A stretch of DNA of 43,292 nucleotides from assembly GCF_002087085.1 (NCBI RefSeq), contig NZ_MWQY01000028.1, positions 1-43,292 of the forward strand. The letters run 5' to 3'. The notes beneath the pieces were generated by a model. It ran no database searches. It was not told the DNA's origin and was given only the letters and a program-made list of their open reading frames with translations. The stretch's first letter is position 1, and every line of letters begins with the position of its first letter. The position numbers were made by a program, and so were the translations under genes. Positions 20,130 through 28,800 of the stretch are shown in pieces.

Positions 20130-20207
20130 AAATAAATATTACAATTTGTGTTAAGAAAAGATCAAGTGCTATTTACAATAAATCTATTTTCTCCATATAT
20201 TGTATAC

Positions 20208-22082
20208 ATGAGCATTCTATATCTCTGGGCAGTTCCTGGATTGTGCCTGGTTTTCATATTATCTGTTATTCTGTTCAGAACCTGCAGACGTAAAAAGAGA
20301 TCCCTCAAGGATACCAGCGAACTTCTGGCAGAAGGCATGCTGGATCTTGTACATGGCAAGGGTTTCAACTCCTTTCTGCGGGTTGTGAACAGCGCCATGG
20401 GGTCGAAAAGCCTTATCCTTGTCTTTTTTGAAAATACTATTCCCATTGATTTTCATTTCTTCAGCAGGGATCCGGCCCTCCGGATCAAGGTGCCGGAACA
20501 GGAAAAATTTGCCGGACCGCCGGATAGACATGTGTTTGGTGTTTTGGATGAGTTGCGGGAAAAGCAGATTGTCTGCCGTGATGGGCACTACCGTTCACTG
20601 TACGGCGGTCTTGAAGGAAAAAACGCGCTTCTTCTGGGCTTCTCCTATCAGGGGCGGGTGTACGCCGTTTTTCAGTTCGTGGACAGGGACCGGTCTTTTT
20701 GCGGCCGGGAAGCCTTGGAAAACCCGACACTGCTGAAAACCCTGAATGCCGTGACCCAGCATTTTTATATCGACCACATTCAAACGGAAAAACGACGAAA
20801 GGCGGAGACCGCCCTGCGCAGTTCGGAAGAGCTGTACCGGCTTATTTTCGAAGAGTCCATGGATCTTGTGTATCATACCGACGCCGGGGGGCGGATCCTT
20901 GCATTGAATCCGGCGGGACTTGAACTCCTTGGCTATAATACGGAGTCGGAACTCCGGGGCCGGCGCTTTCACGAGTTTTTCAGCAATGATGAACAGCGGG
21001 ATTTCTACTTTGAAATGATCAGATCCCAGAGAGAGATCCGGGACATGGAGGTCATTCTCGTCAACCGGGAAGGAAAAAAGATCTTCTGTCTGGAAAGTGC
21101 CAGCGCCTCCTTCGACAGCCTGGGAGAGGTCAAATCGTATACCGGAATAATCAAGGATATAAGCGAGCGTATCGAACTTGAGAAGGAGCTCTTCAACGCC
21201 AATATCGAGCTGAGCGAAGCCAATAATCAGCTGAAGAAGGTCCAGACACAGATGGTGCAGACCGAAAAGATGGCCTCCATCGGGCAGCTCGCCGCCGGAC
21301 TGGCCCATGAAATCAACAATCCCCTGGGGTTCGTACGCAGCAATTTCTCCACACTCAAACGCTACAATGAATTTCTGATCAGCTTTGCTGACGATGTTTC
21401 AGGACGCATTACCCCGGAGAAGATTGCAGCTCTGCAGAAGCTGCGGCAAAAGTACAGAATCGATGAGATCAAGGCGGATCTGGGGGCCGTTTTTACCGAA
21501 ACGGAGGAGGGAATGAACCGCATGATGGATATTGTCCAGAATCTGAGGAATTTCTCCCACGACAGCCGTTCGGGAGATGTGGGAGAACTGGATCTGAACA
21601 AGGCCCTGAAAAGCAGCCTGGTAATTGCACGGAACGAAATCAAATACCACGCCTCCGTCTCCTTGGAGCTCAGCGATCTGCCGGTAATACGCTGCAGGCC
21701 GGGGGAGATCAAGCAGATTATGCTGAACTTGATTGTAAATGCAGCCCAGGCTGTGAGGGACAGAGTAAAAAAAGGCGAGAAGGGCAGGATTCTTATTTCC
21801 ACCTTCAGCGGCGACTCCTTTGCCTGCTTTTCCATTGAAGATTCAGGCCACGGTATTCCCTCTGAAATTCGATCGAAGATTTTCGATCCCTTCTTTACCA
21901 CCAAGGATGTCGGCTCGGGGACCGGGCTGGGCTTGAGTATCTCCTATGATATTGTGGTCCACAAGCACCACGGCAGGATTCTGGTGGGAGATTCCTCCCT
22001 GGGGGGTGCGATATTCACCGTAATGCTGCCCCTCCTGGGACTTGGAAGCGACGACGAGCTGGGGGATCTGGAGGAAGTATAG
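20208..22082 (+). CDS. PAS-domain sensor histidine kinase (NtrB-like HisKA/HATPase)
   Basis: N-terminal TM, PAS, EKMASIGQLAAGLAHEINNPL, NLIVNAAQA, DSGHG, FDPFFTTK, GTGLGL. Start taken at ATG 20208. Confidence 0.94.
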   Translation: MSILYLWAVPGLCLVFILSVILFRTCRRKKRSLKDTSELLAEGMLDLVHGKGFNSFLRVVNSAMGSKSLILVFFENTIPIDFHFFSRDPALRIKVPEQEKFAGPPDRHVFGVLDELREKQIVCRDGHYRSLYGGLEGKNALLLGFSYQGRVYAVFQFVDRDRSFCGREALENPTLLKTLNAVTQHFYIDHIQTEKRRKAETALRSSEELYRLIFEESMDLVYHTDAGGRILALNPAGLELLGYNTESELRGRRFHEFFSNDEQRDFYFEMIRSQREIRDMEVILVNREGKKIFCLESASASFDSLGEVKSYTGIIKDISERIELEKELFNANIELSEANNQLKKVQTQMVQTEKMASIGQLAAGLAHEINNPLGFVRSNFSTLKRYNEFLISFADDVSGRITPEKIAALQKLRQKYRIDEIKADLGAVFTETEEGMNRMMDIVQNLRNFSHDSRSGDVGELDLNKALKSSLVIARNEIKYHASVSLELSDLPVIRCRPGEIKQIMLNLIVNAAQAVRDRVKKGEKGRILISTFSGDSFACFSIEDSGHGIPSEIRSKIFDPFFTTKDVGSGTGLGLSISYDIVVHKHHGRILVGDSSLGGAIFTVMLPLLGLGSDDELGDLEEV

Positions 22083-22183
22083 CAGAACCTCTCTTTTTGG
22101 CTGTTTCTACTTGACAGAACGCCGGCGGTGATGTTCTAATGTTACTGCGTATAGTAACATTGTGGCCGCTTTAAGGAGGAACC

Positions 22184-23572
22184 ATGGCTACCCGTGTATT
22201 TTTGAGTGAAGATGAGATGCCCAGGCAGTGGTACAACATCGCGGCAGATCTGCCGTCCCCGCTGCAGCCGCCCCTCGGGCCCGACGGAAACCCCGTAACC
22301 CCGGAAATGCTCGCCCCCATATTTCCCATGTCCCTGATAGAGCAGGAGGTGAGTCAGGAGCGGTGGATCGATATTCCGGAGGAGGTTCTGAGCATCCTGG
22401 CCAAGTGGCGGCCCTCTCCTCTGCACCGGGCATACTCACTGGAGAAGTTCCTTGGAACCCCCGCGCGAATCTACTACAAGAACGAAAGCGTCTCTCCCGC
22501 GGGCAGCCACAAACCCAACACTGCAGTGGCTCAGGCGTATTACAACAAGCAGGCCGGGGTTAAACGGCTCACCACCGAGACCGGAGCCGGCCAGTGGGGC
22601 AGCGCCCTTGCCTTTGCCTCCGCCCAGTTCGGCCTGGAGTGCAAGGTCTTCATGGTGCGCATAAGTTTCGACCAGAAGCCCTACCGGAAACTGATGATGC
22701 AGACCTGGGGTGCCGACTGTGTTCCCAGCCCCAGTACGGAAACCCAGGCGGGCAGGGACGTCCTTGCAAAATATCCCGATACCCCCGGCAGCCTCGGTAT
22801 TGCCATCAGCGAGGCCGTTGAAGCCGCGGTTACCGATCCCAGGGGAGAAACGAAGTACAGCCTGGGAAGCGTACTGAACCACGTCATGCTTCACCAGACG
22901 GTAATCGGCCTTGAAACCCGGAAACAGCTGGAGAAATTCGGGGAGAAACTCCCGGATATCGTTATCGGCTGCGCCGGCGGAGGCAGTAACTTTGCGGGAC
23001 TGGCCTTTCCCTTCGCCCACGAAAAGATCAACGGCGCGGACATAGAGATTATTCCGGTGGAACCCTCCAGTTGTCCCACCCTGACCAGAGGGCCCTTTGC
23101 TTACGACCTGGGGGATTTCTCCGGTATGACCCCCCTTCTGCCGATGCACACCCTGGGGCATAACTTTGTGGCCCCGCCGATACACGCCGGAGGCCTCCGT
23201 TACCATGGAATGGCGCCCCTCGTCTCCCAGGCGGTTGTGGAGGGGCTTCTGAATCCCCGGTCCATCCATCAGCTTGAATGCTACGAAGCGGCCATGACCT
23301 TTGCCCGGACAGAGGGGATCATCGTGGCTCCGGAAACGAGCCACGCTGTTGCAGGGGCCATTCAGGAGGCAACGCGCGCCAGGGAAGAGGGCAAAGAGAA
23401 GGTGATTGTCTTTAACCTGAGCGGCCACGGTCTGGTTGACCTCAAGGGCTATGAGGCCTACATGAACGGTGAACTCCACGATTACGAGTTTCCCCAGGAA
23501 GAACTGGATGAGAACCTGAAGGCCCTGGAGGGATTTCCACGAGCCGAGACCGTCAAGAGCGGACGATGGTAG
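22184..23572 (+). CDS. trpB2: TrpB2 (TrpB-like PLP-dependent enzyme)
   Basis: [17 protein letters not shown] (PLP Lys), [38 protein letters not shown]; no trpA nearby; AAGGAGG SD. Confidence 0.93.
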   Translation: MATRVFLSEDEMPRQWYNIAADLPSPLQPPLGPDGNPVTPEMLAPIFPMSLIEQEVSQERWIDIPEEVLSILAKWRPSPLHRAYSLEKFLGTPARIYYKNESVSPAGSHKPNTAVAQAYYNKQAGVKRLTTETGAGQWGSALAFASAQFGLECKVFMVRISFDQKPYRKLMMQTWGADCVPSPSTETQAGRDVLAKYPDTPGSLGIAISEAVEAAVTDPRGETKYSLGSVLNHVMLHQTVIGLETRKQLEKFGEKLPDIVIGCAGGGSNFAGLAFPFAHEKINGADIEIIPVEPSSCPTLTRGPFAYDLGDFSGMTPLLPMHTLGHNFVAPPIHAGGLRYHGMAPLVSQAVVEGLLNPRSIHQLECYEAAMTFARTEGIIVAPETSHAVAGAIQEATRAREEGKEKVIVFNLSGHGLVDLKGYEAYMNGELHDYEFPQEELDENLKALEGFPRAETVKSGRW

Positions 23573-23835
23573 AAGAACGGACCGGGTATCCGGATGGGAA
23601 GGAGCGCTATTGCCGGCGCCTGGGTCATTCGGTACCTTTCCGATACTGCCGGCTTACCGCCGACGGCACACCCTGCAGCAGTATCAGGGAGTGCTGGGTC
23701 GGAGACCCCGGGGTTCGGGAACTTGCCGCAGAACTGGCGGAATCCCTCCCCGGAAGCTCCGCGCCCCCCAAATCGGCCCAGCTTTACGAGCTGATACGCC
23801 GGGCCAGGGAAGTGAGATCCGGAACTGCCGAATAG
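23566..23835 (+). CDS. Small Cys-rich hypothetical protein
   Basis: YCRRLGH.VPF.YC...PC..IRECW pattern; overlaps the trpB2 stop; fills the gap to the next gene. Confidence 0.7.
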   Translation: MVEERTGYPDGKERYCRRLGHSVPFRYCRLTADGTPCSSIRECWVGDPGVRELAAELAESLPGSSAPPKSAQLYELIRRAREVRSGTAE

Positions 23836-23885
23836 TTTTCGCCCTTGAATGAAGGGATGCTCCGGGGATATACTCCCTTCCTATT

Positions 23886-25229
23886 ATGCGATTTGAATCA
23901 CGAGGCGCTGGTGTCCCTTTTCACCCGCGCCGTTTTTCTTTTTTTTACGGTTGGATAATCCTCAGTCTCTCGTCCCTGGGGATGCTGATGAGCATACCCG
24001 GACAGACCATGGGTGTCTCGGTTTTCACGGACCACCTTATGGAAGCCCTGAGCTTGAGCCGGGTAAACTTGAGCCTTGCATACCTGCTGGGGACGGTGGG
24101 AAGCGCCCTTATCCTTGCTCAGGCGGGTAAGCTCCTGGACCGTGTCGGAGCCCGGCTTATGGGCACAGTGGTTGTTCTGCTCCTGGGGCTGACCCTTTTC
24201 GGAGTTTCCGCCGTCGACGGAATCCGTTCCTTCATCTTCCGGATTTTTCCCTTCGCCGGCGATGTCTTCATCGGTTTTCTGCTTATATCCGGGGGCTTCT
24301 TTTTCATGCGCTTTCTCGGCCAGGGGGTTCTCACCCTCTTGAGCCGAAACATGGCCATGAAGTGGTTTGACCGCCGCAGGGGCCTTGCCAACGCGGTTAT
24401 CGGAATTGTCGTGAGCTTCGGTTTTTCCGCCGCCCCCATGCTGCTCCATTCCCTTATCGAGGATTTCGGGTGGCGCGGAGCCATGCGGGTCATGGGGATG
24501 GTCCTGCTCTTCGGTTTTTCCGGCGTATTTCTTCTCTTCGCACGGGACAATCCCTTTATCTGCGGTTTACGTCCGGACGGATCCCCGGCCCCGGCGGATG
24601 ACGCGGATGATTCCGATCCTTCAACCCGGACCGGTCCCGACTACACCCTGCCGGAGGCAAGAAGAACCCTCACCTTCTGGGTGTATGCCATGTCTCTGGT
24701 CCTTTTCAGTCTGGTAATAACCGCCGTCACCTTCCACATTATCTCCATCTTCGATGAAGCGGGCATGGGAGCGGAAAAAGCAGTCTCGATTTTCCTTCCT
24801 GCGGCGCTGATCTCCCTGGTGTTCAATGTTGGTGCCAGCTGGGCCAGTGACCGGATGCCCCTGAAAATATTTCTCTTTATGCTGCTCGCAGGTCTGCTTA
24901 TTGAACTTGTTGCCGTGGCCCTCTTAAAGGACGGCTTGTTCTTTTTCCTGATGATTCTGGGGCATGGAATAAGCGGCGGGATCATGAATCTTTTAAGTAC
25001 CGTTACCTGGCCACGGTTTTTCGGCATACGACATCTGGGATCAATCTCGGGTTTCGCCATGGGAATGACCGTTGCGGGATCCGCCGCCGGACCCTACCTC
25101 TTCAGTCTGTCCCTTTCACTCTTCGGCAGCTACTCTCCGATATGCTGGGGCTCAGGAATCCTGGGAATGCTGATCCTCGGACTGGCATTTATCGCCAAGC
25201 CGCCGGTAAGAGAGCGGGAAGTTCTCTAG
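23886..25229 (+). CDS. MFS transporter
   Basis: FFYGW, PGQT, GKLLDRVGAR, KWFDRRRGLA; about 12 TMs. Confidence 0.92.
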   Translation: MRFESRGAGVPFHPRRFSFFYGWIILSLSSLGMLMSIPGQTMGVSVFTDHLMEALSLSRVNLSLAYLLGTVGSALILAQAGKLLDRVGARLMGTVVVLLLGLTLFGVSAVDGIRSFIFRIFPFAGDVFIGFLLISGGFFFMRFLGQGVLTLLSRNMAMKWFDRRRGLANAVIGIVVSFGFSAAPMLLHSLIEDFGWRGAMRVMGMVLLFGFSGVFLLFARDNPFICGLRPDGSPAPADDADDSDPSTRTGPDYTLPEARRTLTFWVYAMSLVLFSLVITAVTFHIISIFDEAGMGAEKAVSIFLPAALISLVFNVGASWASDRMPLKIFLFMLLAGLLIELVAVALLKDGLFFFLMILGHGISGGIMNLLSTVTWPRFFGIRHLGSISGFAMGMTVAGSAAGPYLFSLSLSLFGSYSPICWGSGILGMLILGLAFIAKPPVREREVL

Positions 25230-25250
25230 GTTCTGAGTCCTGATAACGCC

Positions 25251-26705
25251 TTATATCTGAAGCTTGGATATCCTCTCCAGGTACAGGTCCATCTCGAATT
25301 TTCGCTTCAGTCCCTTCGCTCCCATGGGACGGATCTTTCCGAACAGCGGTCGTTCCGGGAAGGGGCGGTCGTGCCTGCCGAAAACCCAGGCGATACCGGT
25401 GTATCCGTTACAGTCCCTGCCGTCGATACTGTAGGTATCGTTCAGTTCGATGAGCAGCCTGTAGGCCTCCCGCCAGTCCGGCATCCACTGAATAAGCCGT
25501 TTTCCCCAGTACATGCGCATATAACCGTGCATCTTTCCGGTAAGCAGGAGTTCCTTCTGTGCTGCGTTCCAGAAGGGGTCGCCGGTCTCCCCTGCGATCA
25601 GCTGCTCCCTGGCGTAGACCTCGGGTCTTTCGTCACCGGCGTGGCTGTCGAGGCTCTCCTGTGCCCAGGCGGGGACGGCATCGGGACTGTCACAGGCCGG
25701 GTTATGCAGACAGAAGTTGATCGCCAGTTCCCGGCGCACAATCAGCTGCTCCAGGAATGCGGCGGCCCCTTCCGTCAGCCGGGGATCATCCCGGGAAGAA
25801 GCCATGACCGCCAGGGCCGCACTTACCGGAGAAAGGTTGCCGAAGTGGAGGTAGGGGGAGAGTTCCGACTGAATATTTAGCCCCGGATCGTTACGGGAAT
25901 CATGATAATGGGAGAGATTCCCGGCGAGAAAATTCTCCAGTCTCTTCCAGGCTTCCCTCTCGCCTCCGGGTACACTCGCAAGAGGTGCTGCTGCCTCTTG
26001 TATGCCGAAGGCAGTCATGTTTTTCAGCACCGATTCCGGTTTTTCCGAATGAAGGGGCCTGAAGGGCAGATCCTTTAATGATTTTCGGGGATTTTTCAAA
26101 TCCGGCAGGGTGCCCACAGGAGCGAGGTAGAGGTCGATAAGGCGGGTGAGCTTCCGCCGCAGGGTCGCGGCGGCATACTCCTCCTTGTCGCTCGCCTGCA
26201 TCGGGGGCACAACAACATCGCTTTCCAGTTGAATCATCGGCCGTGAAAGACTATTGACGATCTCCCGGCGCCATTTTCTTTGTACTGCTGTATAGCCGGT
26301 GTCACAGACCACACAGGCCGCTTCCTTTGCGGCCCGGGGGATCCCTTCCTCCGGATGTGCAAGATCCAGGATAAGAGGTATACCCAGCTTTGCAAGGGAA
26401 GTCTCAAGATCGATCAGACCCTGGAGCAGAAAAGTGAAATGCCGGCTGTTTGCTCCGGGATAGTCCGGCACCAGGCAGAAACAGGCGTAGAGGGGAAGGT
26501 TCATGGTGTTCGCTGTGATGATCGCCGCTGCAAGGGCGTGGTTGTCCCGGACTCTGAGGGCCTGCTGAACCCAGAGAAGGACGAAGCGCGATTTCTGCGG
26601 AGCAGTGCCCGGGCTTATGCGGATTCTGGAACCGAAGATTCTCTTCAGTTCTTCTGTCGGAAGGGACTTCGCGGATGAGGCTACTGCTTTATCTGCGGCA
26701 TTCAT
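25251..26705 (-). CDS. phrB: Class II CPD DNA photolyase
   Basis: RVRDNHAL, SELSPYLHFG, EQLIVRREL, WNAAQ, GKMHGYMRMYWGK, DGRDCNGYTGIAW, HDRPF.ERP.FGKIR. Confidence 0.95.
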   Translation of the reverse strand: MNAADKAVASSAKSLPTEELKRIFGSRIRISPGTAPQKSRFVLLWVQQALRVRDNHALAAAIITANTMNLPLYACFCLVPDYPGANSRHFTFLLQGLIDLETSLAKLGIPLILDLAHPEEGIPRAAKEAACVVCDTGYTAVQRKWRREIVNSLSRPMIQLESDVVVPPMQASDKEEYAAATLRRKLTRLIDLYLAPVGTLPDLKNPRKSLKDLPFRPLHSEKPESVLKNMTAFGIQEAAAPLASVPGGEREAWKRLENFLAGNLSHYHDSRNDPGLNIQSELSPYLHFGNLSPVSAALAVMASSRDDPRLTEGAAAFLEQLIVRRELAINFCLHNPACDSPDAVPAWAQESLDSHAGDERPEVYAREQLIAGETGDPFWNAAQKELLLTGKMHGYMRMYWGKRLIQWMPDWREAYRLLIELNDTYSIDGRDCNGYTGIAWVFGRHDRPFPERPLFGKIRPMGAKGLKRKFEMDLYLERISKLQI

Positions 26706-27604
26706 GGGCTGTATACCTTATACTGTACAAGCTCTTCGGCAATAAGGAGTCCCTCCGCCAGGGAGCCTGCAACTTTACAGGCGGACAGGTCTTTAAGACC
26801 CTCCCGACCTTCCTCAAAAGCCCTTCCTCCCAGAATAACCGGAATACGGGCAAGCGGTGCTTCCCGGCGCAGCCTGTGGATCAGCAGTTCCCCGGAGTCC
26901 CTGTTTTCGCTGAGGGTGGCGGAGAATGCCAGCAGATCAGGCCGTGCGGAGAGAAGAAGGGATATCAACTGGTCCGTCGGGACCTTGTCTCCCAGAAAAA
27001 ATGCCCGCCAGCCGGCCTGCTCCAGCAGGTCCCGGAGCATCCTGATTCCGATGCTGTGACTCTCTCCCGGAACGGTGGCACAGATGCACAGTTTGTCCGA
27101 TGGCGGAACCCCGGGGTAACAGGTCCGCAGACGCTCCATGAATCCTTCCACGGCGTGGCTGATTATATGCTCCTCCGCTACTGAAATACTGCCTTCGGCC
27201 CAGAGTTCCCCTGTCATGATCAGGAGAGGTTCCAGACTGCGGAGATAGATTTCCTTCATGGGGACACCGGATTTAACTGACCGCTCCACCTTTTCCCAGG
27301 CTTCCAGATCCCTGCCTCCCAGGATTGAGCTGATCATCTCCTTTGGGGAGAGGGGCTTTTCTGGATCTCGTCTTTCAGAATCCGGGATGGCATCTGTGTT
27401 TGCCCGGACTCCCAGTATCCTGTCCAGGGATGCGTCGAAGAGCTCCGCCAGGGCCACGAGTTTCTGCTGGTCCGGAAAACGGCTGTTATTTTCATAGTTG
27501 GCTATGGTTGTCTGTCCTACTCCCAATACCTGGGCAACCTGCTTCTGACTCATTCTGTTTTTTTTGCGGTAGTACCGCAGCCACTGACCGAATTGCTGTT
27601 CCAT
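26702..27604 (-). CDS. XRE (HTH_3) DNA-binding protein fused to a CarH-type cobalamin-binding module
   Basis: N-terminal LRYYRKKNRMSQKQVAQVLGVGQTTIANYENNSRFP; W-x9-EH (WAEGSISVAEEH); base-off motif GESHSIG...SAT...GG; ATGA overlap with the photolyase. Confidence 0.9.
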   Translation of the reverse strand: MEQQFGQWLRYYRKKNRMSQKQVAQVLGVGQTTIANYENNSRFPDQQKLVALAELFDASLDRILGVRANTDAIPDSERRDPEKPLSPKEMISSILGGRDLEAWEKVERSVKSGVPMKEIYLRSLEPLLIMTGELWAEGSISVAEEHIISHAVEGFMERLRTCYPGVPPSDKLCICATVPGESHSIGIRMLRDLLEQAGWRAFFLGDKVPTDQLISLLLSARPDLLAFSATLSENRDSGELLIHRLRREAPLARIPVILGGRAFEEGREGLKDLSACKVAGSLAEGLLIAEELVQYKVYSP

Positions 27605-27620
27605 ATAAGCTCCGAAGGAT

Positions 27621-27650
27621 AAATTAACACAAAATGTGAAAGAGTGTCAA
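27621..27650 (-). promoter_or_regulatory. Promoter of the XRE-B12/photolyase operon with an internal palindrome
   Basis: Minus strand TTGACA (27645-27650), 17-18 bp, TTAATT/TAATTT; the spacer contains CACA-AAA-TGTG (27628-27638). Confidence 0.6.
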
Positions 27651-27693
27651 AAAATATCTTGCTTCATGGCATAATGTAATATATTTTTTTTAT

Positions 27694-28800
27694 ATGGCTT
27701 TGAAGAAAACTCCAGGAATACTTTTTCCGTCTCTGCTGCTGCTCATACTGCTCTCGGGGTGCCGGGGCCGGGACTCGGTATCCGGTGCAACCTGGGTTCC
27801 TGGTACCGGCGAAAATCCATCACCGGCGGTTGAGGTTGTTTCCGTGGAACAGGGAAAACTCTACAACACCATAGGTTCCACCGGGACCGTGCGGGGCAGG
27901 AATGAGGCTCGCATAGTGACCACAAGCCAGGGAATGGTCATGTCTTTTCCGGTGCGTCTTGGTCAGGAGGTCGGGGAAGGAGATGTGATTCTCCGTCTGG
28001 ATGACGAACTGGCCTCCTATGCAGCGGAGCAGGCACGGACAGGGTGGGAGATTGCCAGGGCAGATCTGGAGGTTCTGAGTTCCCTGTATGAGCGGGGAAA
28101 CGCTTCCCGGGTCGATCTGGAACGGGCCAGAAGCAGTGAACGCGGCGCCCGGGCTGCCTATGACCAGAGTCTCAGAATTCTGGAAGACCGAACAGTCCGA
28201 AGCCCCATGAACGGCCATATAATCTGGATTGATGAGAACGCTTCTCCCGGAAACTATCTGAATACCGGCAGCATGATCGCGCTGGTGGCGGATATTTCGG
28301 GTTTTACGATGATACTTGAACTTGGTGAACGACAGATAGGGCTTGTCGGACCCGGGGCCGGAGCGGAAATTCATGTGCAGGCTGCAGGAACGTCGTCCTT
28401 TTCTGGTACAGTGGAGGCAGTGGCGGCAGGAAGCGGCGGTACAACGGCAACGTATCAGGTGGAGCTCTCCTTTTCGGCTCCTTCGGATTCCGGTATTAAA
28501 CCGGGAATGGCCGCCCGGGTTGTGGTGGAAACCAGCCTTGAGAAGGAGGCTCTCCTTGTTCCAGGCATTGCGCTTCTTAAGGGGAGTGAAGAACGTAATG
28601 AGGTATTCTTACTTCGCGACGGATATGCCCGTCTTGTTCCCGTGGAGGTCCTTGACCGGCACGGGGATTTTGCGGCCGTCGGATCCGGTCTGAAAGACGG
28701 GGACCGGGTAATAGTATCAGGAACCCGGCGGCTTATGGACGGAGACCCGGTCAGGGCGACGGAGGTCAGTCTTGTCCGGGAAGGGATGCAGAACAGATGA
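27694..28800 (+). CDS. RND efflux periplasmic adaptor (membrane fusion lipoprotein)
   Basis: Lipobox LSGC; G..V..GDVILRLD, VRSPMNG, IKPGMAARV, GLKDGDRVIVSG. Confidence 0.92.
   Translation: MALKKTPGILFPSLLLLILLSGCRGRDSVSGATWVPGTGENPSPAVEVVSVEQGKLYNTIGSTGTVRGRNEARIVTTSQGMVMSFPVRLGQEVGEGDVILRLDDELASYAAEQARTGWEIARADLEVLSSLYERGNASRVDLERARSSERGARAAYDQSLRILEDRTVRSPMNGHIIWIDENASPGNYLNTGSMIALVADISGFTMILELGERQIGLVGPGAGAEIHVQAAGTSSFSGTVEAVAAGSGGTTATYQVELSFSAPSDSGIKPGMAARVVVETSLEKEALLVPGIALLKGSEERNEVFLLRDGYARLVPVEVLDRHGDFAAVGSGLKDGDRVIVSGTRRLMDGDPVRATEVSLVREGMQNR

Noticed and set aside
27605..27693. Cobalamin riboswitch next to the B12-binding regulator
   Set aside because: Only 89 bp and AT-rich, with no B12-box.
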